Shown: positions 25,989-36,969, counted from the first letter of the stretch. The stretch is 64,000 bases of DNA from Anaerohalosphaeraceae bacterium (GCA_963675525.2 CAXXSL010000008.1:96001-160000), one strand, 5' to 3'. The notes: generated by a model from the letters alone, not told the origin. Translations and numbers: made by a program.

Positions 25989-28205
25989 ATGCGATCTAAA
26001 TTAATGGTAACGGTCTTTGTCTTATTGGCATGTGTCCAACTCGGTTGTCAGCAGCAATCAAATCGGACCAAAAACCTCGACTCGGTTATCGAAGCTAAAA
26101 TTGATGTCCTGCTTACAAAAATGACATTTGAAGAAAAGGCCGGCCAGATGAGCCAGGTCAGCGAGTCCGGAGAGGATGGCCCAAGCGACATTGAAAATGA
26201 AGTTAGAAAAGGGAATCTCGGTTCATTTTTGAATGTCTTTGATCTTGAAAAGCGGAATAAACTTCAGAAAATAGCTGTCGAAGAGAGCCGGCTTGGCATT
26301 CCTCTGATCTTTGGTGCTGACGTCATCCACGGACACCGAACCGTTTTTCCCGTTCCACTGGGAGAAGCGTCAAGCTGGAATCTTGACCTGATGGAAAAAA
26401 CCGCGGCAATCGCCGCAAAAGAAGCACGCGCGGTCGGGATTGACTGGACATTTTCGCCCATGGTCGACATTGCATGTGACCCGCGATGGGGCCGGATCGT
26501 CGAAGGGGCCGGTGAAGATCCCTATCTGGGCTCACTTATCGCGCGGGCAAAGGTCAGAGGTTATCAGGGCAGTGACCTGTCCGCCTCCGATACGATTGCT
26601 GCATGCTTAAAACATTTTGCCGTTTATGGAGCCGCGCAGGCCGGACGTGAATACAGCACAACCGAAGTCCCTCTGCGGACCATCAGAGATGTCTATCTGC
26701 CGCCATTCAAGGCCGGCGTCGAAGAAGGAGCCGCGACATTGATGAGCGGTTTTAATGATCTTAATGGGGTTCCGGCAAGCGGAAACAAATTTCTACTTAC
26801 TGATATCCTTCGATATGAATGGGGCTTTAACGGCTTCGTTGTCAGTGATTGGCGATCCGTTAAGCAACTGATTCAGCATGGCGTTGCAGAAGACGAATCA
26901 CAAGCCGCTATTTTAGGTGTCACGGCAGGCGTTGATATGGAAATGGTCAGCCGGACCTATATGGACTATCTGCCCCAACTTGTCAGAGAAGGCAAAATAT
27001 CTGAAAAAGTTCTCGATACGACTGTTCGCAGAATCCTTCGTGTCAAATTTCGGTTAGGACTGTTTGATCATCCGTATGTCGATCCGAAATTGCAGGACAC
27101 AGTGATCCTGGCACCGGAACACCGCGCCCTTGCAAGGCAAGCCGTCCGGGAATCGATGGTTCTGCTGAAAAACGAAGACAATTTGCTGCCGCTTGATAAG
27201 AATATCAAGTCCATCGCCCTGATAGGCCCCCTGGCTGACAACCAGGAAGATCTTCTCGGCACATGGGCATTGGCGGGAAAAAGTGAAGATGTGGTCACGG
27301 TGCTGCAGGGCCTCAAAGATGCTCTTGATAGTTGTAAGATCAATTATGCAAAAGGCTGCGACGCTGACAGCGATTCAACGGAAGGCTTTACGGAGGCCGT
27401 CAATGCCGCTGACGAGTCCGATCTTGTTATTATGGCTGTCGGTGAAAGCGTCATGCACAATGGTGAATCACATAGTCGTACGAATCTCAATCTACCCGGC
27501 GTCCAGATTGAACTGCTAAGGAAGGTTCAAAAAACCGGAAAGCCGATCGTGATGCTTTTATTTGCAGGACGCCCCCTGACGATCAATTGGGAACTTGAAA
27601 ACATCCCTTCGATCCTTCTGGCATGGCATCCGGGCGTCGAAGGCGGAAACGGGATCGCTGATGTTATGCTTGGCGATTATAACCCCGCCGGCAAACTCAC
27701 CGTCACTTTCCCGCGTAACGTCGGCCAGATACCGATCTATTACAACATGAAAAACACAGGCCGCCCATTTATTGAAGACGACCGGTTTACGTCTAAGTAT
27801 ATCGACTCGCCCAATACACCGCTGTTGCCGTTCGGGTACGGCCTTAGCTATACGACATTTGCTTACAGTCACCTGAAGATTGAAAACAAACGAGTGAAAA
27901 TACCGGGAGTTATTAAAATATCTGCTGATGTTACTAACACCGGCAAGACGGCAGGCTACGAGATTGCTCAACTGTACATTCGTGATATGGTCGGATCTGT
28001 TACACGTCCGGTCAAAGAACTTAAAGGTTTCCAACGAATATATCTAAATCCCGGCGAAACAAAAACCGTCACCTTTGAACTCCCAACAAACAATTTGAAA
28101 TTTTACGACATCAATATGGAATACACTGTCGAACCGGGTGATTTTACGATCTGGATTGGACCAAATTCCACAGAAGGGCTCGAGGGAAGTTTTGAATTGC
28201 TTTGA
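25989..28205 (+). CDS. bglX: BglX-type GH3 beta-glucosidase, probable lipoprotein
   Basis: GADVIHG, DPRWGRIVEGAGEDP, CLKHF, FVVSDW, PFGYGLSYTTF, RPVKELKGF (Fn3-like); lipobox-like QLGC. Confidence 0.92.
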   Translation: MRSKLMVTVFVLLACVQLGCQQQSNRTKNLDSVIEAKIDVLLTKMTFEEKAGQMSQVSESGEDGPSDIENEVRKGNLGSFLNVFDLEKRNKLQKIAVEESRLGIPLIFGADVIHGHRTVFPVPLGEASSWNLDLMEKTAAIAAKEARAVGIDWTFSPMVDIACDPRWGRIVEGAGEDPYLGSLIARAKVRGYQGSDLSASDTIAACLKHFAVYGAAQAGREYSTTEVPLRTIRDVYLPPFKAGVEEGAATLMSGFNDLNGVPASGNKFLLTDILRYEWGFNGFVVSDWRSVKQLIQHGVAEDESQAAILGVTAGVDMEMVSRTYMDYLPQLVREGKISEKVLDTTVRRILRVKFRLGLFDHPYVDPKLQDTVILAPEHRALARQAVRESMVLLKNEDNLLPLDKNIKSIALIGPLADNQEDLLGTWALAGKSEDVVTVLQGLKDALDSCKINYAKGCDADSDSTEGFTEAVNAADESDLVIMAVGESVMHNGESHSRTNLNLPGVQIELLRKVQKTGKPIVMLLFAGRPLTINWELENIPSILLAWHPGVEGGNGIADVMLGDYNPAGKLTVTFPRNVGQIPIYYNMKNTGRPFIEDDRFTSKYIDSPNTPLLPFGYGLSYTTFAYSHLKIENKRVKIPGVIKISADVTNTGKTAGYEIAQLYIRDMVGSVTRPVKELKGFQRIYLNPGETKTVTFELPTNNLKFYDINMEYTVEPGDFTIWIGPNSTEGLEGSFELL

Positions 28206-28269
28206 AAAAGTGCCATCGCTAATACGAGCCGCCAATACATATTTTTAGAACCTGTTTGGGAAAATCATT

Positions 28270-29592
28270 ATGAGCTGCAAAAGAATTTTTTTATTTATGC
28301 TTATCGAGGCTTTGATAACGTTCTCCTTTGCTGCGACTGCTGATAATCAACAAGCCCAAGAAATCGGTAGTCAAACTGCCCCGTCGAATGTAAAAATCCA
28401 ACAAACCGGTGATCGTTTTGAATTGATAAGGAACGGGAAACCGTATTTTATTAATGGCGCAGGGGGCGCCGCTCGCCTGGATGCACTGGTGGAAGCCGGT
28501 GGCAATTCCATACGAACATGGAACAGTTCAAAAGAAATCCTGAACCAGGCCCAGGAAAAGGGATTGACCGTATGTATGGGTCTCCGCATGGCAAAACCAC
28601 GACATGGGGATGATTACAACGATATTAAAATGCTTCAAAGACAAAGGGACCGTATTTTCAGCGACGTTATGAAGTTAAAGGACCATCCGGCCCTTTTGCT
28701 ATGGGCCATCGGCAATGAAGTCGAACACAACGCCGGCGAAGAAAATCGCATTCTGATCTGGAAAGAAATTGAAAAAATCGCTCAACTGATTAAAGACATC
28801 GACCCGAATCACCCTGTGATTACAGTGATCGCCGGTGCCGGGAAAAAACTTCAGGAAATCAAACAACTCTGCCCGACCCTGGATGCTGTCGGGATCAATA
28901 GTTATGGAGAACTGGGGAATGTACCCGTTCTGGTTGAACGCTTCGAGTGGGAAAAGCCCTACCTGATCACCGAGTTCGGGCCCCGCGGCTGGTGGGAAGT
29001 TGAAAAAACCGTATGGGGGCTGCCGATTGAAGACACGAGTACGGAGAAGGCAAAATTCTATTATGACGCATACAAGGCAGGGGTCGATAAAAGACCAAAA
29101 TGCCTGGGCTCTTATGTTTTTCTCTGGGGTAATAAACAGGAGAAAACACATACATGGTTCAACCTATTCTTGCCGGACGGCAGTCCCACTGAGATCATAG
29201 ACACGATGACACGGCTATGGACCGGCAAGTGGCCGGAAAACAGGGCTCCGATGATCGGCAGAAAAAAAATATACACCAACGGCAATAACCAACTTCACAT
29301 TTATAAACCGTCGGATAAGATCGTATTTAAGGTTCAGGCAAGCGATCCTGACGGCGATGAACTAACGGTCAAGTGGGATATCCGGAAGGACAAATCGGAT
29401 AATCCGGCAACCGGTGGTGACTGGGAAGAAAGGATTCCGCCCATCGAAGATGCTGTGGTTTCATCCGAATCAAATAAAGCCGTTATTAACATGCCCGCAG
29501 AGGCCGGAAATTACAGAATATTTGCTTATGTATACGACTCCTCTGGAAAAGTGGCTACCGTAAATCTTCCGATAAGGGTAGCTATGGAGTAG
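28270..29592 (+). CDS. Clan GH-A glycoside hydrolase, GH158-like beta-1,3-glucanase
   Basis: NGKPYFINGAGG, GGNSIRTW, LLLWAIGNE (acid/base), PYLITEFGP (nucleophile), LGSYVFLWG.KQE; family assignment from recall and gene context. Confidence 0.72.
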   Translation: MSCKRIFLFMLIEALITFSFAATADNQQAQEIGSQTAPSNVKIQQTGDRFELIRNGKPYFINGAGGAARLDALVEAGGNSIRTWNSSKEILNQAQEKGLTVCMGLRMAKPRHGDDYNDIKMLQRQRDRIFSDVMKLKDHPALLLWAIGNEVEHNAGEENRILIWKEIEKIAQLIKDIDPNHPVITVIAGAGKKLQEIKQLCPTLDAVGINSYGELGNVPVLVERFEWEKPYLITEFGPRGWWEVEKTVWGLPIEDTSTEKAKFYYDAYKAGVDKRPKCLGSYVFLWGNKQEKTHTWFNLFLPDGSPTEIIDTMTRLWTGKWPENRAPMIGRKKIYTNGNNQLHIYKPSDKIVFKVQASDPDGDELTVKWDIRKDKSDNPATGGDWEERIPPIEDAVVSSESNKAVINMPAEAGNYRIFAYVYDSSGKVATVNLPIRVAME

Positions 29593-29643
29593 TTAAGTAA
29601 GGTGAAATCCTCATTTTAATACTAAAAATAAAGCTATTTGGAA

Positions 29644-29684
29644 TGGAGATGATGAGATTCGAACTGACGATCTCTTGCATGCCA
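29644..29684 (-). repeat. Displaced 3' half of tRNA-Ala(GGC); att-like direct repeat
   Basis: tggagatgatgagattcgaactgacgatctcttgcatgcca matches 51709-51749 at 38/41 positions, same orientation. Confidence 0.9.
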
Positions 29685-29824
29685 CATAGATACTAGACTC
29701 ATAGCTAATTAATAATAAAGGGTTTACAGAAGTATTTTGTTGTCCAAAAATAGAACCATACTGGTTCCAGGATATAGAGGTTCTTGTTTAGTTGAGATAG
29801 TATATTATACCACTAATTGGCAAC

Positions 29825-32800
29825 CTATTTAGTTCTCTCCTCTTGTTTAGGAACAAGACTTGTTTCCAGTTCCATCACTCTCGTTTCGATGATTTCTCTG
29901 GCCTGGTCCAGCGTTTTAAAACCTTCTTCCACCACGGGAATCGAACCACCGGCCTTCATCTGCATGGTGTTTTCAACAACATAAGGGGTAATAAACATCA
30001 GCAGCTCATTGTTGGTTACACTGTTTTCGGTATGTTTGAAAGCGCCGCCGATAATCGGCAAATCCCCGAGCAGCGGTACTTTCCGCTCAATCTCGGATTC
30101 ATTCTGAAACAGGATCCCGCCCAGCATAATCGTCTCACCATCCTGTACGATCACATGCGTGGTTGTATCCAATTCGCTGGTAGCAATATTGCCATTGATG
30201 ATTTCCGATACTTGAGAGAGATTCAAATTAATCGTGGTGTCCACCGCCTTTTCAGGGGTAATGCTGGGCCGTATTCGCAATGTAACACCGACGGGTCGGT
30301 AATTAAAGTTTCCTTTTGTCGCCGTTCCCTCAGCGCTGGTATTTTCACTTACAATAAATGCAACCTGTTGGCCGCGGAAGAACACAGCCTCTTCGTTGTC
30401 TTTAGTCCATAGCGTCGGCTGATTGAGTACCCGTGCATTGGCATGTTTTTCAAGAAATTCGATTAGCATGTTAATGTTCGAACCGGCCGATAGCGTAAAC
30501 GACCCTCGCTCAAAACCAGCGGTTAACTCCGTTATCGCATTGATGGAATTTTCCGTCAGGTCACCAAATGCAGAGGCATTTGAACTGAATTGTACCCCCA
30601 GAGATGTTACACTGCTGTGGTCCACAGATAAAATGACCGCCTTGATCATGACCTGCTTGCCCGGTTGGTCCAGTTCTTCAATCATGGCCACCATCTCGTC
30701 CATATACTCCGGCGGGGCTAAAACCAGTAATGCCTTGCTCCGCTGAACGGGAATAAATCGCACTTTCCCGATTAGATTACTCGTCGGCAACGCTTCATCA
30801 GCCCTGTTTCGGGCGACACCGGCATTCCACCAGGGCTTGATCTCATCCGGATTACTATTGTCGGGACGATTGTTGTTATTGTTATTATTTTGTGTGCTAT
30901 TGTCGGAGCTACTCGAATTGTTATTGTAATCGCTCAGGCCCCGGCGCGTTCTGCGAACTGTCGCAACTGTCCCCGGTTCATTCAAAATAGCGTTCAATTG
31001 ATCACACAGGTCTTCACTGTCGGCATACTTGAGCGTAATTACCTTTGGAACTTCCGCAACTTCCTGTCGATCCAATTCTCGAACCAGCTTTTCGATCACA
31101 TCATAGGCTTCCGGTATTTTGCTGATGACAATAATCTTTTTGGTTTCAGGGACCGCTTCGAAAGAAAGCTGGCCATACAGTGTGCCCACAATTTTCTTCT
31201 TGCTGTCACTTTCGTCGCCATAATAATAATCCCAAAATGACGTGTTTCGTTCAGACGCTTCAGAGAAAAGTGTTGATAATAGTTCGGCCATTTGTTTGGA
31301 ATCGGAATTCTGCAAAGCCATAATACGATAGGGCTGCCGTTCGATATTCAGCGGAACATCCCACTCTTGAATCTGTTTGGAAATTTTATCGATGTTCTCC
31401 GGCGATGCGATGACGGTCACTTTGCCGGCAGTCGGATAAGAAATTACCTTGACTGTATCAGAGCTTTTTTCGTTGCTACGACGATTATAGTAATAAGAAT
31501 ACCTTGAATTGACTTGCTCTTCTCCATAAAGTTCGTCAATATTAGTTTTGATTTGATCCGGATCCGCAAATTTCAACTCAAAGGTCTTCTCGTCAAAAAT
31601 ACCGGATGTCGGAAGGTCTATTTCCGCAATCAAGGACTCAACAATTTTCCGATTTTCTTCACTGCCGAATACAACGATCTGCCGGGCCTGACGCAGCGGT
31701 TGAACTACAATATTGGCCTTCAGTTGTGATCCGGGCATTTCCGCCAGGGTCTTTCCAACCGCCTGTGCAACTTCCATCACGTCCACATATTTGATCTGAA
31801 CTACGCTTTGCTCCGATGTCACCTCATCTTTTTTGTCAAGTTCTTCAACCCATTTTGCCACTTCCTTAATATCCTCCGGTGCCCCCTTGGCAATAATCCA
31901 CTTTCGTCGCTGTTCGGGAATCAACAGTAACGGCATCTTGGTTGATGAGATAAGCACTGATGACGCCTGGGTTGCATCCTTAGGGCCGCCGCCCTTGGGA
32001 GCAGATGATTTCCCCCCGATCTGATTGCTGATAATCAACTTGATCACCTGCACAATCTCACTGGGGTCACCGGTTCTCAATTTAAAGACTTGTGTCGTGG
32101 ACTGTCCGTATTCAGCAACGTCAAACTGCTTAATAATCTGCTCAACCCGCTGCAGATTTTCAACCGTATCAATAATCGCCAGTATCCCTGTGCTGTCATC
32201 TGCTGTCACATTTCCATAGTCTGCCGTCAACGGCGTAACGATCTCCTGAAGTTTGGAAGGAGAATAGTTTTGAATCTTAAAAAACTTCTCGACAATCTGT
32301 GATTTGTCAATAACTTTCGCAAGTGGCTCATCAACGCCCAGTGTCGGGACAACACCATACTTCGCTTTTGAGAGTGGTTTTAGATAAATCGCTCCCTGGG
32401 CTTCTTCCGGAGAATAGCCCTTGGCACGTAACGCTGAATAAATAAGCGACAAGGCTTGTGAGCGTGGCAGTTCCTGTGTGGCATAAATCGTAATTTTTTG
32501 TTTCATCACCTCATCGTCATAAGGAATAACCGGTTTGCCCGTCCATTCAGCAATTGTCTTGATGATTTGTTTCATCTCTACGTTATTCAAATTAATCATT
32601 TCAAGCTGCTCTTCATCCGAAGGGGTGTTGGGGTCCTGCCCTGTCTTTTCCTCAACACCTTCCGATTTCGGCAACTCCAGTGAGTTCGGATCTTTGTTTT
32701 TTTCTTCAGTCGCATCTTTTGCTTTTTCCGGCCGGGCCGGTTCATTTGCGTCCTGTGTGTTCTGGACTTCTCCAGTTGCTTGCCTGGACCCATTTTCCTG

Positions 32801-32896
32801 AGACGGCTGAGCCTGATGGTTAGCGTGATTGACAATCACCAGTGCGATAATTGCAAGAACAACAACGATTCCTAATGTCAATTTTATTCGATTCAT
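29825..32896 (-). CDS. gspD: Type II secretion secretin GspD
   Basis: N0 domain (INLNNVEMKQIIKTIAEWTGK), repeated N domains, QVMIKAVI, VGVTLRIRP, KVPLLGDLPIIGGAF, ELLMFITP. Confidence 0.92.
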   Translation of the reverse strand: MNRIKLTLGIVVVLAIIALVIVNHANHQAQPSQENGSRQATGEVQNTQDANEPARPEKAKDATEEKNKDPNSLELPKSEGVEEKTGQDPNTPSDEEQLEMINLNNVEMKQIIKTIAEWTGKPVIPYDDEVMKQKITIYATQELPRSQALSLIYSALRAKGYSPEEAQGAIYLKPLSKAKYGVVPTLGVDEPLAKVIDKSQIVEKFFKIQNYSPSKLQEIVTPLTADYGNVTADDSTGILAIIDTVENLQRVEQIIKQFDVAEYGQSTTQVFKLRTGDPSEIVQVIKLIISNQIGGKSSAPKGGGPKDATQASSVLISSTKMPLLLIPEQRRKWIIAKGAPEDIKEVAKWVEELDKKDEVTSEQSVVQIKYVDVMEVAQAVGKTLAEMPGSQLKANIVVQPLRQARQIVVFGSEENRKIVESLIAEIDLPTSGIFDEKTFELKFADPDQIKTNIDELYGEEQVNSRYSYYYNRRSNEKSSDTVKVISYPTAGKVTVIASPENIDKISKQIQEWDVPLNIERQPYRIMALQNSDSKQMAELLSTLFSEASERNTSFWDYYYGDESDSKKKIVGTLYGQLSFEAVPETKKIIVISKIPEAYDVIEKLVRELDRQEVAEVPKVITLKYADSEDLCDQLNAILNEPGTVATVRRTRRGLSDYNNNSSSSDNSTQNNNNNNNRPDNSNPDEIKPWWNAGVARNRADEALPTSNLIGKVRFIPVQRSKALLVLAPPEYMDEMVAMIEELDQPGKQVMIKAVILSVDHSSVTSLGVQFSSNASAFGDLTENSINAITELTAGFERGSFTLSAGSNINMLIEFLEKHANARVLNQPTLWTKDNEEAVFFRGQQVAFIVSENTSAEGTATKGNFNYRPVGVTLRIRPSITPEKAVDTTINLNLSQVSEIINGNIATSELDTTTHVIVQDGETIMLGGILFQNESEIERKVPLLGDLPIIGGAFKHTENSVTNNELLMFITPYVVENTMQMKAGGSIPVVEEGFKTLDQAREIIETRVMELETSLVPKQEERTK

Positions 32897-32951
32897 TTCT
32901 ATCCCTCAGTCTATTTATAATAATTACTGTTTATCGTTAACCTTGAGCGGC

Positions 32952-33716
32952 TTACATCTGTTCAAGAATGGCATCCGCCTGACCGCTGTCAACCATTTGC
33001 TGTGCTTCGTCCAGTCTCTGTTTTTTTTGATCTTCCGACATACCGGCCCATTCCTGTTTTGCCTGTTCCACTTGTTCTGCCGGCATCGTTTCAAACAGCT
33101 TTAATAAAAAAGACCTTAATTCGGCTGAAACTTCCATCCCCAGCCAGGCTAACGGATCATCCTCCGATTGCTGGACAACAAGTCGATCTGCGGCAACTTC
33201 CACACTGTCTTCCTCTGTTGCGGATTCCTTTTTCTGCGGTTTCATTTTTGGCTTATCATTCGAGCCTCCGGGGTTGCTCGCCAATAGCGGCGCCAGTTTT
33301 ACTTCCTTCTCTTTCCAGAGAACAGTCACTTGTGTCGGCTCAATTTTAAGAACTTTCGCTCCGGCCTGTTCATCCCCCACCTTACACCATTTATTATCTA
33401 TCAGGACACTGTCACCAAGAATTCCGGTCACCTGCGGCGGCGGCGGCTCTTTTTTCTCCGAACAAAATGCTCCTTTTTCTTTAAGTTTCTCTGTCTCCTT
33501 CGCATAAGATGCCAGATAGTCCCCGGCTTTTTCATTTTGGGCTTTAAGAAACTCCATCGATTCAGAAACTGTCCTAGCAATCCAATGTCTCTGGAAAAGA
33601 ACTCCGATTGCTTTAACGGCAACACCCAGACACAACAAAAGAACAAGAGAAACGAGTATCTTTTGAATCGCCGTTTCATTGGGTCGGATTTTGGATATCA
33701 TTTCATGTCGGTCCAT
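32952..33716 (-). CDS. T2SS accessory membrane protein, GspC-like
   Basis: TM helix plus VTGILGDSVLIDNKW.KVGD..AGAKVLKIEP HR-like domain; located just before gspD. Confidence 0.55.
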   Translation of the reverse strand: MDRHEMISKIRPNETAIQKILVSLVLLLCLGVAVKAIGVLFQRHWIARTVSESMEFLKAQNEKAGDYLASYAKETEKLKEKGAFCSEKKEPPPPQVTGILGDSVLIDNKWCKVGDEQAGAKVLKIEPTQVTVLWKEKEVKLAPLLASNPGGSNDKPKMKPQKKESATEEDSVEVAADRLVVQQSEDDPLAWLGMEVSAELRSFLLKLFETMPAEQVEQAKQEWAGMSEDQKKQRLDEAQQMVDSGQADAILEQM

Positions 33717-33728
33717 CGCGTCTCCGGT

Positions 33729-34289
33729 TTATTTAAAAAAAGTCCCTATCACCATCTCAAAAGTTACTTTCTCAGGCTCTTTCTCATTACTCTTAATGGA
33801 AAATTCCTCAATACTGACCAAGTAAGCATTTTCATTTAATCCTGCAAAAAATTTAAGCAATTGTTCGTATTTACAGTTCCCGGAAAATTTCAGCCGCAAC
33901 GTCCCCTGTCCCAAGGCCGTTTTCTTTTTTGCCGAAGCAACATAACTCGGCCCGGAACTTATATTGACACCGGCTTTTTTCAATTGATCGTATGTTTTGT
34001 CCCAGAACAGCTTTCGCTGTGCATCCTCATTTTCCGGCAATTCCATCAACGGCACGGTTTGAAACAACCCGGCAATTTTGGCCTTCGAGCCGGGCGTTCG
34101 GCCGCTGACAGTCTCCAACCGGAGCTGATATGTTTTTAATTCATCTCGGACAGATAACCAATTTTCAAAGATCGGCAAAGCAATGCCCAGATATATCGCA
34201 ATCAACACAATGGCAATCACTCCAAAGCGGACAGCACGCCTGCTGCGTTCGTCCAGAGAATCAAAATACGCCTTCAGCCATTTTTTCAT
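33729..34289 (-). CDS. GspM/PilO-like inner-membrane platform protein
   Basis: LDERSRR followed by TM helix; C-terminal G.YEQLLKF...L......SIEEFSI; operon position. Confidence 0.7.
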   Translation of the reverse strand: MKKWLKAYFDSLDERSRRAVRFGVIAIVLIAIYLGIALPIFENWLSVRDELKTYQLRLETVSGRTPGSKAKIAGLFQTVPLMELPENEDAQRKLFWDKTYDQLKKAGVNISSGPSYVASAKKKTALGQGTLRLKFSGNCKYEQLLKFFAGLNENAYLVSIEEFSIKSNEKEPEKVTFEMVIGTFFK

Positions 34290-35689
34290 CTGAATGTCTT
34301 TCTTTTATCAGTAAAGTTCTTATAATCAAATGTCAGCTTAAATATCGTCTGTTTATTCTTTTCACCAGAATCCTGATTCGAAACGCGTACGGCCTCCACC
34401 CCCTTGCACGTTGCCAGGGCCTGGGCAAAATCATACATCATTTTGGGCTCTTTGCAGGAACCGCCAATATCAACCCGCTGAAACCGCCGAACAGACAATG
34501 AATGAACGGCAACACCTTTCGGGGTGCTTTCGTTAATTTTTCTGATTAAATCGGGAATGTCGATTCGTTCCTGAGCAATGATGCTTCTAAGATGATGTGT
34601 CTCCAGAAGCTGCTTGAATTCAGATGTGTCCATCTGTTTTTCGTATGCCGCCAGCCGGAGTTTATCAACGCCATAACTAACAGCAATAAAAATCGCCAAC
34701 AGCAAGCAAATGGCTGTAACCAGAATTTTCTTTTTTCCCCGGGGGATATCTTTCTTCTCAAGATCGATTTTATGGTACAATTCACCGAACAGGTTATACG
34801 CTACGTCTGCCTCATAGGCGATTAAGCCCAAGCCCAAACACACAACATCGACCTCTTGACTTTCATCGCCTGAAATCCGGCTGAAATCGTAGTGCAGCCG
34901 GCTTGTTTCTATTCCTCTATTATTTAGTAACGTCTCTGAGACAGTCTCAATAAATTCTCCCGATCCATCCAGAAACAGCGGTAACGGGGTACCGTTATCG
35001 GTTACGTATTGGGCGATCACATTTTGAATATCCAGACAAAGCAATGAAATGTCCGGCATTTGTTCATCCGGCACCGCTGAAAAATCACAGTCAAACGTGG
35101 TTACCTTGGCCAGTATTCCATTTTTTACAAATAAGAGTTTTACCTTATCTTCATATATACGCAGTAATCCGAAATCCTTTTTAAGCGTATCACAAAGAAA
35201 AGCGGCAGTCTTCACAATGGCTTCGGAATTTAAAGCAACAGCATCAACATTGGCCTGTCTGGCCTGATTGATAACACCGGACAGCATATCCCGTTTTGCC
35301 GCCGCAATCGCAACTGTTGCCTTGTTTTCCTTTTCAGCTAATATCCGCCAACTATACTGCATCTGTTCGACCGGCAGCGGCAAATGAATTTCAGCCTGGG
35401 ACGCGACCACCAAAGGCATCTGCTTTTCATTGACAATCGGTACTTCAAAACGACAAAATCCGACACAATTATCCTCAAAACCCATTGCCGTCACAGGAGT
35501 TTTTCCGGGAAAATCCTGTTCAACCATTTTGACAAAATGCATCCAATCCGTCTTGTCCTTGGAAACCAGATAGTTTTTTAAAACGGAAATCTCATTGCCG
35601 TGGATTTGCGCTACACATGCCCGGTAGTACAAAGCCCCGGCGGATAACCCCACAAAAACAGATTCCTTTTTCTGTTCGTCCTGTATCAA
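34286..35689 (-). CDS. GspL/PilM-PilN-like protein
   Basis: Actin-like N-terminal part (HLPLPVEQMQYSW, IAAAKRD), TM helix, PilN-like C-terminus. Confidence 0.7.
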   Translation of the reverse strand: MIQDEQKKESVFVGLSAGALYYRACVAQIHGNEISVLKNYLVSKDKTDWMHFVKMVEQDFPGKTPVTAMGFEDNCVGFCRFEVPIVNEKQMPLVVASQAEIHLPLPVEQMQYSWRILAEKENKATVAIAAAKRDMLSGVINQARQANVDAVALNSEAIVKTAAFLCDTLKKDFGLLRIYEDKVKLLFVKNGILAKVTTFDCDFSAVPDEQMPDISLLCLDIQNVIAQYVTDNGTPLPLFLDGSGEFIETVSETLLNNRGIETSRLHYDFSRISGDESQEVDVVCLGLGLIAYEADVAYNLFGELYHKIDLEKKDIPRGKKKILVTAICLLLAIFIAVSYGVDKLRLAAYEKQMDTSEFKQLLETHHLRSIIAQERIDIPDLIRKINESTPKGVAVHSLSVRRFQRVDIGGSCKEPKMMYDFAQALATCKGVEAVRVSNQDSGEKNKQTIFKLTFDYKNFTDKRKTFR

Positions 35690-36969
35690 TTCCCTATCCC
35701 TTCATACCAATAAATAATGTCGCAGGAAGTGCCGCTTCGAACAACAATTGCCGTCGCCGTATACGTCAATCCCGTCGTGTCGTCAACCGCCCGCCCGCGC
35801 AGAGAAAAAACGCTGGATCGAACAGTAATCATGCCCGCAATTTTCTTAAACGTCTCTATGGTCATCGACTTAACATCCAGCAATCGCGCAATACTTGTCA
35901 TTGGTTGTTCAAGTGTCTGGCGAAAGTTGATGATATCATCAGCCATCCGTTCATCCCCCTCAAACAATGCGACCAGAACTTCTCTCGGAGCGGTATTGAC
36001 ATTGACCCTGCCCGACAGAATCTTTTCTTTAGAAATCGTTAGCCTGTCGGCAATTTCTTTGAATGTTTCCAGGTCGATCGGCTTTGCTTCGTCTCCTTTT
36101 TGATCATCTTTATCTTTCTTCTTCGGAGTATTTTTATTGATTAAATCCGCAATGCTTCCGGGTTTCTTTCCATTTGCCTGTTCCTCGATCCACTTCGCAT
36201 GGGGCTTGGATAAATTCAGTTCCTGCTGCAGCTTATCCGCCTTGACCTCTTGAATATTAATCCTGTCTTTTCCCTGAGCGTCAACATTGTCGCAAAAAGA
36301 ACTGCATGTCAAAAATGAACCGAATCCCTTTTCCAAGACCGCGTCCTGATTATCCTGCGGAAAACTTAGTTCGCCGTCTTTTTCATTGGCATCCAGTTTT
36401 CCATTCAGATTGTAATCTTCTTTGTAGAATTCATCTTCCCGAACGCCTTTCACAAATAAGACTTCGTACAGCGTCTGGAATGGTCCGTTGCGAATCGGAT
36501 ACGCGTATTGACAATTGTTGTAATAGTCCGCCTCCGCACCTTCCTCATGGAGTTTGCTGTCTTTGTCGCGCCAGTCCATAATGGACTCTGCCTGCTCGGC
36601 GGTCATTTCAAGGAGATTGAGAAAATGCTTTTTGTCCGCTGTATTAAGATTCAGCTTGCTGCTCTCATCAATAATCTCTACGGAAAAAGTACAGCCTTTC
36701 AGTTGGATATTATTAAAGTCGTCCAGGTTATCATGCCAAAGCTCATCTAAAGCATCATAGCTCGTATCATCCTCGGCAAGCACATTGATGGCCGTTTCGA
36801 TTGCTGCCCGAACACCCCATCGACAAACACTTTGCCGGCCATAGGATTGACTGACACGACTGCTGAGCCGGCTGCTTTGGGCAAGAGCAGCGGTCATGAC
36901 AATCAAAATGACAATTATCCACAGCACGATGACCAGAACGGAACCGGTTATTTTCTTCGACCGTTTCAT
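35686..36969 (-). CDS. gspK: Minor pseudopilin GspK
   Basis: GSVLVIVLWII, IIDESSKLNLN, SIMDWRDKD, VNVNTAPREVL. Confidence 0.9.
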   Translation of the reverse strand: MKRSKKITGSVLVIVLWIIVILIVMTAALAQSSRLSSRVSQSYGRQSVCRWGVRAAIETAINVLAEDDTSYDALDELWHDNLDDFNNIQLKGCTFSVEIIDESSKLNLNTADKKHFLNLLEMTAEQAESIMDWRDKDSKLHEEGAEADYYNNCQYAYPIRNGPFQTLYEVLFVKGVREDEFYKEDYNLNGKLDANEKDGELSFPQDNQDAVLEKGFGSFLTCSSFCDNVDAQGKDRINIQEVKADKLQQELNLSKPHAKWIEEQANGKKPGSIADLINKNTPKKKDKDDQKGDEAKPIDLETFKEIADRLTISKEKILSGRVNVNTAPREVLVALFEGDERMADDIINFRQTLEQPMTSIARLLDVKSMTIETFKKIAGMITVRSSVFSLRGRAVDDTTGLTYTATAIVVRSGTSCDIIYWYEGIGN

